From the human T2T-CHM13v2.0 reference genome, Homo sapiens: a stretch of DNA of 64,000 nt. Positions 13,430 through 27,871 of the stretch are shown one piece after another; position 1 is the stretch's first letter; every line of letters begins with the position of its first letter. The stretch lies in NCBI RefSeq assembly GCF_009914755.1, contig NC_060935.1. One strand, given 5' to 3'. Both the position numbers and the translations under genes were made by a program. The notes beneath the pieces were generated by a model that saw only the letters and a program-made list of their open reading frames with translations, was not told the origin of the DNA and did no database searches.

Positions 13430-14355
13430 GTAAGATTAGATGTCAGAATCACTGCTACTAGAATCTATATGACACATTCCTCTAGAAGTGAGGGATCTCT
13501 CCTGATCTGTTTTGTCCACCACCAACTCTTGATGTATTTTAGGAAAATTTTTCCTTCTCCCAATGTGAATTTCCCTGAATGCATGTCCAGACTCAGAATG
13601 CAAGCCCTGATAACCTGGAGATACCTCAGCCTCACAGTCACCATCCTGACTAGCACCTGCATCTTTATCACCCCCAGCATGGTATGTCAGCCAATAGTAG
13701 ACGAAAATTCTGTCATTATTAGACGAAGCAACTTGATCCTTAATGACACGTCCCCATTCCAAAACAGGATGGTGATTGACTTTTTCATGGCAAAAAGACC
13801 TAATTAAAGTATTTTGTTTAGTAGTCCCATACACAAAGGAGCTGTAGCTGTTCTGCCTCTCCCCTCCTCTAGCAAAGGGGTAAACTTTACCTGGTAGAGG
13901 AAGTGGGAAAACAACCTAAGAACCTTGAACAGAAGTATTAGATACCAGTCTCAAAGTATCCCATTAATCTACTTTAGAAAGTGCAATGAAATGGGACCTG
14001 AAGGAGGCGACTGCTAAAAGTAGAGTTCCGAGAAGAAACAATCCACTTACCCTGTTGGAATCAGATAAATCTGGTGATTGGGGCTGCAGATAAAATTAAG
14101 TACAGAGCTCCATTAGTGAGTGGAAGACAACAATTTGGCTAAAGCCAAATACCCGAATTTCTCAACATCATTCTAGAAGAGTTTGACTATTTGGTGGGCA
14201 ATAAGCAGCCACAGAAAGTTTCTATGAATCAGGGATAGAAATGAAAGATACACTATCCACAATGAGAGATGCTAGAGGGGGAGGAAACAGAACTACTAAA
14301 GAGACATCTGTCAAAGTGAATTCGAGTTCAACTGAGAGCAACTCAAGAAGCAATG
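13430..14355 (+). pseudogene. Candidate endogenous bornavirus-like L polymerase (EBLL) fragment, N-terminal region, decayed (copy A)
   Basis: Collinear peptides LLMYFRKIFPSPNVNFP...LTVTIL (ORF 13406-13807), IDF/SWQKDLIKV and NLVIGAADKIKYRAPLV...IPEFLNIILEEFD resemble BoDV-1 L as recalled ([63 protein letters not shown]); multiple stops and frameshifts; manual alignment only. Confidence 0.5.
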
Positions 14356-14455
14356 TTGCATGCCTGTTTCCAAACATCTCATATACCCCACAAATATATA
14401 CACCTATTATGTTCCCACAAAAATTAAAAATTAAAATTAACAAAAATAAAATAAA
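14356..14455 (+). mobile_element. Terminal ~100 bp of L1MA1-3-type 3' UTR plus A-rich tail fused to copy A
   Basis: 'ttgcatgcctgtttccaaacatctcatataccccacaaatatatacacctattatgttcccacaaaaattaaaaattaaaa'. Confidence 0.85.
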
Positions 14456-15369
14456 TTTTTTTAAAAGAGGCAAGAGCAAAGGGGAATATGGGAAGAGTCT
14501 AGATACCAGAGACTTGAGGTTGACTTTCACCAGAAAAGTATCAGGATGTAGGTACTTGACAGTAAAGTTAAGTGCTAAAGTTATTAGAGTAAAACACAAT
14601 TCACTCTCATGTTCATATGAACTTCCATTAGTGTATAGGTATTATCAGTATCAAAATGTAGCTATACCTATATTTCTGTGTGCTTAATAATTTGGGGGCA
14701 GAGGAGGTGGCTTGTCTTTGTATTTTAACCATAGTGCAGTCCACATACAAGAATCATAATTAACAGGCATTAAGGTAACTTGCCAGAGGTAAATTTGGTT
14801 CATTCTGCCATCATAAATGAAAGAGCAGTCAATATTTTTTTTCAAATGAACATATATAGTATCATACATGAATCTGAATAAAATGTTCAACTTAGTCATG
14901 GAGATTAGCGATTTTGTTCAGTGATAGCTGAAGATCACAGGATGCTCAGTTAAATTCTAATAATTTCAGTAAAATTATAATAGTTTGTCTACTAAAAATC
15001 ATTTTGCTTGATAGCTCTGGGAACTTAGAAATTTCATGGGAAAATTATTTTTCTCCCTTTCAGAGAATAGAAAGCAAAGCCAGTAAACAGTCAGGCCTTC
15101 TGCCAAAGGAAAATTATCTATGCCTAGAATGGATAAATTCCCAGCTCATAAAGATTTTTTTCTTCATCTCCATGGCATAGTCACGTCTTATTCTAAGAGC
15201 CTCTGGCAGTTGCTGGAAAATTGTTGGACCACTGGGTATGTCATTAAGACCATCTTCACCCTTAAAAAGAATTGTACATCAAAGTAGTGCATGCACAGTG
15301 AAACTTCTCATGATATCTAAAGCCTGAAAATAATTATTCAGAATATAGGAGAGAATAAATTTATACCTG

Positions 15370-15570
15370 TTGAGTTGCTAATGCATGCTAGGGAGTGTGC
15401 TCAATGATTTACATTCACAATCTCACTTAATGCTTGAAAAAGTCTATTGAGTTACTTATTACCATCCTGACTCCATACATGAAGGAATTGAATCACAGAA
15501 GTTATGAAATTTGTCCAAAGTTATGAGGCTTCTAAGTGAGGCAAAGATCTGGATTTGTGTCCGTTGGATT
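15370..15570 (-). mobile_element. MIR
   Basis: MIR core-like 'catacatgaaggaattgaatcacagaagttatgaaatttgtccaaagtta'. Confidence 0.6.
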
Positions 15571-15867
15571 ACATAGCATGAATGTTTCTGTAATATCACA
15601 GTTTGGAAATCAATATTTATTGAATGCCTTACAAGAAGGAACTTTTAGTGTTAAACACTGGGATGGAAAAACAGTTTTTGATTTGTCTGTTCTTTAGCCT
15701 GCTTTAAAAAAATAAATGAAATATCACGGTGCTATTCAGGGTAATATCTCCATTGTAGTGTATTAACTATATGACATTCTCAAAGTATATTAAATATATC
15801 ATACTTTCATCAGTATTCCTATTTCTATCAATTCACAAATATTTAATTAATTGCATGCTAATTTAAA

Positions 15868-17602
15868 CCACTATATCTAGCCTGTACCACTGCACATGTA
15901 TCCTAAATGTCTTCCCAATTTCCAGTCTTGACCCTCTATACTCAATTTCCCCAAATCAGTAACAGCAAGATTTTAAAAATACAAATCAAATCATATCATA
16001 CTCTGCTCAAAAACCTACAAAAATTTCCCACTAAATTTTGATTTGACTCTGGCTCCTTCCCTGGCCTCATTCCTTATCCCTCTTCCTGTCCTTCACTATG
16101 TGGCTATACTTGAAACAAACTAAAAATACATGTAAGCAAACAGAAAAAATACATATAAAAACAACTTCAGTAAAAATCCAGCTAATAATTTGATCTCCCA
16201 GTGAGTCCAAAAATGCTTTAAAAATTATAGCCTTGACAGAAAATACAAGTTAATCATTCTTTATTCATTTTTTAAATAACTGATATGTACAGTTATATAC
16301 AGGTAATAGAGAAGGTAGTTATATTTCTGATTCCAGTATGGGTATGTGGATTGTTTCTTCCCTGAACTCTACTTATAGCCATCTCCTTCAGTCATTGGCT
16401 GAGATACGATTCTGGATGTGGTGAAGATGCAAGTCAGGATGATGACTGTGAGGCAGAAGTATCACCCGGTTATCAGGACCTGCATTCTGAGTCTGGACAT
16501 GCATTCAGGGACATTCACATTGGAAGAAGGAGAAATCTCCCTGAAGTACATCAGAAGGTGGTGGTGGACAAAATAAACACAAGAAGATCTTATATTTTGT
16601 TTTTAATTTTTATTTTTTGTGGGTACATAGTAAGTGTATATATTTGTGAGGTACATGAGATGTTTTGATACAGGCATGCAATATTGCCTCTTGAGTTGCT
16701 CCCAGTTGAACTTGAACTCACTTTGACAACTGTCTCTTAAGTAGTTCTGTTTCCTCTCCTTCTCGCTAGCAACTCTCATTCTGGATAGAGTAATTCTGAT
16801 TTCTATTCCTGATTCATAGAAACTTATTGTGGCTGCTTATTGCCCACCAAATAGTCAAACTCTTCTAGAATGATGTTGATAATCTCAGGGATTTCATTTA
16901 GCCAAATTGTCTTTCACTGTTGTCTTCCACTCACTAATGGAGCTCCATACTTAATTGTATCTGCAGCACCAATCACCAAATTTCTCTGATTTCATCAGGG
17001 GTAAGTGGATTGTTTCTTCCTTTTACTCTACTTTTAGCAGTTTTCTCCTTCAGGTACCATTTCATTGCACCTTTCATACTAGATTAGTGGAATACTTTGA
17101 AACCAGTAACTACTCCTTCTGACACGTTCAAGGTCCTAAGGTATTTTCCTACTCCCTCTAGCAGATGAAGTGTACCCCTTTACCAGAGAAGGGAAGAGGC
17201 AGAACAGGGACAGCTTCTTTGTGTGTGGACTACTAAACATAATACTTCAAGTGGGTTTTTTGGGTTTTCTTTATTTTTATTTTTTTACAACGCAAAAGAA
17301 ATATCCCTTTTTGCTTGCATGTATCTTTAGTTTGTTTTAGTAGGACTACACTGTTCCTGCTAAAAATCAATCCAACCAGTGATCACCCTTGCCTCAGATC
17401 ATTTTATTCTGCCCAGAATGCTTTTCCCATGATTTTCACCATTTTACATGGAAGTCACTTCAGAAGGGTCCTACCTAATTTTGTACTAAGAAGAGCACAC
17501 TTGAGACTTTCTATTTCTAGTCATTGCTTAATTTATCTTCATATGTCTTGTAAGGTACATAACAAAATCCTAATAAATATTTCCCGTGTGAATAAATGAA
17601 TG
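15868..17602 (+). mobile_element. L2 split by the mosaic insertion (pieces 15868-16108 and 17341-17602)
   Basis: 'aaatcaaatcatatcatactctgctcaaaaacct...cactatgtggctatac' resumes as 'ggactacactgttcc...ctgcccagaatgcttttcc...aataaatatt...gaataaatgaatg'. Confidence 0.7.
16109..17340 (-). other. Complex locally templated insertion (five pieces) containing inverted copy B of the candidate EBLL-L1 chimera
   Basis: 16109-16322 = rc(18335-18550); 16323-16391 = rc(~13997-14070); 16392-16590 = rc(~13493-13695); 16591-17262 = rc(~13790-14445); 17308-17340 = direct copy of 18518-18550. Confidence 0.93.
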
Positions 17603-17829
17603 GGTCAATGAAAGAGGAAAGGATACCAAGTATGACTCTTTTTATGTGGTTTCACAAGCTTTCTGAATCCAACAGGGGACCCTGTAAGGATCATGTCATC
17701 CACTTGCCGTTGTAAGAAGGCAGCTTTAACTCCAGAAGTCTTGGCAAACCTAGGAGATTTTTAAAAGTTGTTGTAGTTTTAATAGTTTTATTTTTTACAT
17801 TTAATAATATCTATTTATTCACCAATGCT

Positions 17830-17968
17830 ATTTTTCAGATTTATTGAAGTATAATTGATAAATATAAATCATATTTCTAGATATTAGATGTACAATGTGA
17901 TGTTTGATATATTTATACATTGTGAAGTGATTAAAATAATTAAGAAATTAACATATTCATTACCTCAT
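17830..17968 (-). mobile_element. L1MA8/9-like 3' end, antisense
   Basis: 'tttattgaagtataattgataaat...tgtacaatgtgatgtttgatatatttatacattgtgaa'. Confidence 0.75.
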
Positions 17969-18007
17969 GGGTAATGAATAACTACAGCGCACGGCCCCCC
18001 TGCCCCC

Positions 18008-18008
<1 letters not shown>

Positions 18009-18051
<43 letters not shown>
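18009..18051. repeat. (CA)n microsatellite, ~21 units
   Basis: Direct reading. Confidence 0.97.
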
Positions 18052-18052
<1 letters not shown>

Positions 18053-18074
18053 CCTCTCCTCGACTATCTTCCCT

Positions 18075-18288
18075 GGGACAACCACGCCTGGAAGGCTGTG
18101 AGCAGTGCCATGAGAGAAGGCAGCCTGAGAGAACCGCAGAACGACATAGCAAAAACCTGATGACTCTGAACCCTATTACAACTAGTAAACCTACCCTACC
18201 TCTGACTTCTGAGTTACATTTTTAACCTCTAGTACTAAAATCACTGGGACTTTTATTACTTGCGATCAAAAGCGATTTAGCTAATACC
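18075..18288 (+). mobile_element. MLT1-type MaLR LTR fragment
   Basis: 3' end 'ttttattacttgcgatcaaaagcgatttagctaatac'. Confidence 0.55.
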
Positions 18289-19840
18289 TGTTTATATCAT
18301 ATATCTGGTTAATTAGTGAAAATAGCTCCTCATCATAACTACCTCCACTGTTACTTGTGCATAACTGTACATGTCAGTTATTTTAAAAATGAATAAAGAA
18401 TAATTAACCTCTATATTTCTGTCAAGACTATAACATTTTTAAGCATTTAGGGACTCATTGGGAGGTCAGATCATTAGCTGGATTTTTACTGAAGTTGTTT
18501 TTAAACTTATTTTTTCTGTTTGCTTATATGTATTTTTAGTTTGTTTCAAGGAACTTCAGTTCTAAAAGATTCTGCTATCTTTGAAGTGTGATAGTCATCA
18601 CAGGTTAAATAGGTCTCTTGGTTTTATGAGAAATGAGACTGCAATTTCCAAGATAAATACAAATTAATCTGGCTTTAAAAAATAAACGGCATATGCTACA
18701 ATAGAGAGCAAAACTTGAAAATTATAGAAATGAGAGGAAGGTGAAACAAATGCATAAATAGATACAAGGAACATTTTTTAAGAGATCATATGCAAAAAAA
18801 TCACAATAGATATTCATGGGAAATACATGCAGGAAGCCAAACCAGCTTCCTCCTTGACTTGGATTCTTTCTGAAATTCAAACCAGTTATGTGTGATAATT
18901 TTAGGGAGAAAGAGAAAAGGATGATTTATTCCCATGAAAACATGACAAAAGTTAAAATGACACAAGTTAAAGCAACATGAAACATAAAATGGCAAGGAAA
19001 ATAATATGTGCAGAGGACAATGAGAAAAATAGGGGTCAAATTCCAAACAGGACTATGTAGTATGAGAGTTAGTGACAGCATTATATTTGTACTCACAGAA
19101 TTGACAAGTACATAGTGAAAATGAAAACATTTTTATGCTATTAAATTCTTTCATAAGCAAAGGTTATGGACTGGCCCAGTAAATCATTATATTTTGATCC
19201 TAGAATCTACCTTCTATGAAAGCTGAATTTTACTTTGATAATTTATATTAATATTAACGAGTCTGAACATTTAAAAATTATTATGATAAAATGGCAGTTG
19301 GTTATGTGATTTTCTCCTACTTGTTACTTGTCATATTGATGACAGTCTGGTTTAATGAACTCAGCTTTTCCCACACAGTGCTCTACAGTACACTGTTACC
19401 AAAATGCTAGTAACTGCTCATCCAAAAAACAGGGAAAAAAATAGTGGATCTGGATCTGTTTTTGGATACATAAATTGGAGAAATACTAAATTTTAATCTA
19501 ACTAATACTGAATGTCAATCTAACTATTTCCTGCAAAGCATTTCAGAAATTTTAACATTCTTATGGGCATTTTAATATCCCCCAAGGGACTTATATTATA
19601 AATGTATAAAAACATTTTTGACATTTAAAGATAATAGTATTCTATGGAACACAGTTTGGAATCTACTTATATATGTTCTTTTTAAAGAACTGAGTGATAG
19701 ATCAACCATTCATAGGCATTTTCATCATTTTTTTTAACCATTTGGTTTGTGAATTTGAGGATCACCCGCTCTCTCTCTCCCCCATCTCCCATATCCTCTT
19801 TCCTTGTCTCCATTTTTACACCAACATGCTACGGTTGCAA

Positions 19841-20155
19841 TTTTTTTTTTATTTATTTTTATTTATTTATTTTTTTGACGGAGTCTGGCTCTGTCGCCCA
19901 GGCTGGAGTGCAGCGGCGCGATCTCGGCTTAATGCAAGCTCCGCCTCCCGGATCCACGCCATTCTCCTGCCTCAGCCTCCAGAGTAGCTGGGACTACAGG
20001 CGCCCGCCACCATGCAAGCTAATTTTTTTGTATTCTTAGTAGAGACGGGGTTTTACCGTGTTAGCCAGGATGGTCTCGAACTCCTGATCTCGTGATCCTC
20101 CTGCCTTGGCCTCCCAAAGTGCTGGGATTACAGGCGTCAGCCACCGCACCCGGCC
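19841..20155 (-). mobile_element. AluY
   Basis: 'gcaagctccgcctcccgg..cacgccattctcc', 'gttagccaggatggtctcg'; TSD around 'ggttgcaa'. Confidence 0.95.
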
Positions 20156-21649
20156 TTGTGGTTGCAAATTTCATACATTTATGGCTATTCAGGAAGTCTC
20201 ATTGGCTACACTTGCCCCTATAAATATGGGGAACCTTCTTAGTAAAAGCTCTTTAAAAGTATATTTCCATCAATATTGAACCCAGAGCCTTCACATAGTT
20301 CAGAGCATCGTCAACTACTTGTTGAATACCCTGAAGGTTAGAGGCCCACAAAAATCATGATATAGCACATAAGCTCTAATTTCTATGAAGGCATGGATAA
20401 ATTTTGGAACTAGTTGCAGTCCTGGCTTGCCTGACCAAAACAAGCACCTTGATTCGTTTAGCTTACAGACACCCAGAATGATTTTAGTGTCAACTAGACC
20501 TTTGATCACAAGTAAGAAAACTCTCTGATATGAATTTTAGTAGATTTCAAAGTCATATAGAAATGTTAAGGAAGTTTAGACACGGCCAGTGAAAACAAAG
20601 TTTTGGAATAGGACAAAAAATGACATGGACATTGTTTGAGATTGTGTATTACCAAAGTGCTAGTAGATTATGTAATTTTTGGCTTGTCTGAGAGTGTGAG
20701 CTAGAGATCTCTGAAGAGCCCTTCAACCAAATACTTAAAGGAGAAATAATGAACATCCCATATCTCTTACCAAAAAAACATTACAAAGTAACAACCATTT
20801 GAAAAAGTGGAAATAGTCAAAAGGTTTTTGTCTAAGTGATCCTCAAAGAATCTGAATTATTTTAAACTCTGTTAGGTGAATGAAGCAACAGGTTCTTGTA
20901 GTACTGTGATACTACAGATGAATATAACTCAATAAGCTGGTCAACCATTAATCGATCCTTTCATTTATTTGTAACTCTGAAATTAATTACTTTGCAATAG
21001 CTGAGAAAGTACATGGATTCAGTATTCACAGGAAGAATTTGGTCTTATTCATGGTAACTTGGGAGTTCAAAGAGTAGAGAGAACTTTTACTTTCCATTCA
21101 CCTAATGTTATCTGTCCACTGGAGTTTGACAACCCCTCATGGTTACTCCAAGTCCTCTCATCCTACATTGCCCCGCATGCACTTTGTTCCTCACTTTTTT
21201 CACACCAGGATATTCTGTATTTTCTCATATTTTTTCCTTTAGCGGTTGCTAATATTACTCAGAGTGGAGCACCTACAAGGGACATATAAATATATTTTGT
21301 TGATATTGATTGTCTCTCATACTTTGCATGATAGTGATGTGTTAATATGCTAAAAGACTTTAATCTTATGAGGTAAGACAAAGTAGAAAAAAGGAACACC
21401 GACTCCCATTTGGGTACAGAGCCTTCTAATACCCACTTTCTCTGTCTTCCTCAGTAACTGAAATCAATTGAACAATGTATCTAAGTCATCTCCTTTAGGC
21501 TTCTGTGGCCATATAACTGAATCTTGGTTAAAAAAAAAAGAAAAGGTGGGGGGGAATTAAATTGCAAAGAGAAACTTAGAGTCCTTTTTATTGGAGAAAA
21601 TAAATACTTGCATTACCTTTTTCTTTATTGTTAAGTGCGCTGCTGATGT

Positions 21650-21860
21650 TATGGCTGGAGCTAGTCTCACATCCTGACTCCTTATTTACTACATGAGTAA
21701 ACTTGGAATGTAACTTTACCTCCCTCAACCTATCTCTCTCTGCAAAGTAGACATTGAAAAAACTCTACTCCTTTTGTGATCACTGTGAGATTATAAAAGT
21801 GCACTTCAAGTGCTTATTTGAAACATGTTACATTTACACACTCAAATGTTAGTACTTATT
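21650..21860 (+). mobile_element. MIR
   Basis: Degenerate MIR core and tail. Confidence 0.5.
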
Positions 21861-22152
21861 ACTCATCAATGGATTGAGTTCGTATATGAAATAAATGCCC
21901 CCAAAATTTATTAGATAGACTTTTAGATCCTTGCCTGAAAAGGCCATCCAGAAACTGCAATACGTTTTCCACATTTTAGAATTATCAAACTCCACCTAAT
22001 GATATTAATAACCACCTTCACAATCCTATACTATTGAAGAACTTGGCTGACCTCAAAGAAAAATAAAGGATCTAAAATGATTAAGGCATGGGCAAAGTTT
22101 TGAATTATATTTCTCTGTTACAATATTTAAATAACTAAGTTAAAAATATACC

Positions 22153-22449
<297 letters not shown>

Positions 22450-23101
22450 TATATACTAAATGTAATACTGAAAACACGTTTTTCCCATTATTTGGCTCAA
22501 TATGACTTAGGACACAAACTGATTATTAAATTGGTAGCAAATACAAAAATTCCATCTGACATATAAAGTATTCTTCTTGTGTTTATTATATTTTAAGTCA
22601 CTTTAAGATCTTCATGAAGATTAGATGATTTTTTAACTGCTACTACTTCAAAAGAATTCAGTTGTTGCTCAAAATTAATCTGTATTTCTGTATGACACAC
22701 AGACATGAGTAATAAATAGGATTTAAATATTGTTTGATACACAACAAACCTAGTTAATACATTCTGCTGCTTTCCTTTCCTCCAATTTAATATACTTTCT
22801 GATGAATTCTGTCACCTAAAAGCCACCACATAGTTCCATTTCTGAGGCATATTTTATCTAATTCTCCTACCTGGATTAGTCCTTTCTGTTGGTACCTATA
22901 TTCAATCTATAACCAGTGATATTGTAACTGGCAAGACTGAAACTCATTTTGAAATGTAAAAAACATTGGAAGGAGCCCACAAGGATAATTTAGTGAGAGT
23001 TCTCTCATCATTTTATCTGCTGTAGTTCTAAGAAGTGATATGGTCTTAGCAACTCTGGCAAGCAATTTCTGGTTTGATTAAGATTTAAGTCACATATAGA
23101 A

Positions 23102-23285
23102 TGGGCGTGGTGTCTCACGCCTGTAATGCCAGCACTTTGGGAGGCCGATGTAGGCAGGAGGCTGAGGCAGGAGAATCACCTGAACCCAGGAAGCGAAAGT
23201 TGCAGTGAGCCAAGATCACGCCACTGCACTCCAGACTGAGCAGCAGAGTGAGACTGTCTCAATAAAATTAATTAATTAATTAACT
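23102..23285 (+). mobile_element. Internally deleted AluS (left-arm head fused to right arm)
   Basis: First ~55 nt joined to 'ggaggctgaggcaggagaat'; TSD gatttaag(t/a)cacatata at 23082-23098 and 23286-23302. Confidence 0.85.
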
Positions 23286-23959
23286 GATTTAAGACACATA
23301 TAAGACACATATGATTGATCAACTTATATCCTACATGGCAAATTTACTGTTAGTGAGTTGATCTCCAAAAATCCAGAAAGAATCAGCCAGCGAGTTCACA
23401 CAACTATATCACTATAGTACAAATCACATTTTCTCTTACTAGTTTCAAACTCACTCAATTTTTTTTACTATTTAATGTAATTGACTGATAACTATTACCT
23501 AATAAATAACACAGAGCTATCACTTTTAAATAGCTAATAGTAGTGTTATTTGGATACATTGACATACAATCATATTTAAACAACTAGATTGTATACATTT
23601 TGGAAATAATTTCTAGTAACTGCAAAATTGTCCTGTTTTGAGATTAAAGCAATATCAAAAATATTATTGCTTTGAAATCTACCGGATTAGTTACTAAATA
23701 CAAATTAATCAAAATTTATTTTTTTACTAATCAATATTATTTATCTGAATTTTGGAATCCAGAAATTGAAAGATCTCCCTGGAGTCATATGCAACTTTGA
23801 ACAAATAAAAATACTTTTTGTGTAAATTTATTGTTATAAGTCTTCATTTCATTTTCCGTGCTATAAGGTTTCATTTCAGCGATTTCAAGTAGAAAGTTAT
23901 TTTCAGTTCAATATCTTTGTCTCTTCTTACAGGAAAATTTAAATTTTAAGACTTGACTC

Positions 23960-27871
<3,912 letters not shown>

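Noticed and set aside
13436-13834. 132-aa minus-strand ORF (…EAEVSPGYQGLHSESGHAFR…), also open in copy B
   Set aside because: No family recognised; GTG start; it is the exact antisense register of the plus ORF carrying the L-like blocks. Kept only as a fallback query if the EBLL call fails.
13885-13915. Walker-A-like PGRGSGKTT
   Set aside because: Wrong spacing for GxxxxGKT, flanked by stops and not preserved in copy B (SARGSRKIP).
13696-13997. ~300-nt gap between pieces of copy B as a spliced-out intron
   Set aside because: No GT..AG pair on the plus strand and no AG acceptor on the minus strand; the join is one of several template switches in the mosaic.
16950-17060. Resemblance to bornavirus N (KTAK...LT..EI..I; VIG....IK.GA)
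   Set aside because: Needs two frames and a ~10-aa deletion, and upstream spacing does not fit; the L alignment explains the same bases over a longer collinear span.
16323-17262. Circular-permutation or eccDNA origin of copy B
   Set aside because: The insertion also contains pieces from 18335-18550 in both orientations, which a circle of copy A cannot supply.
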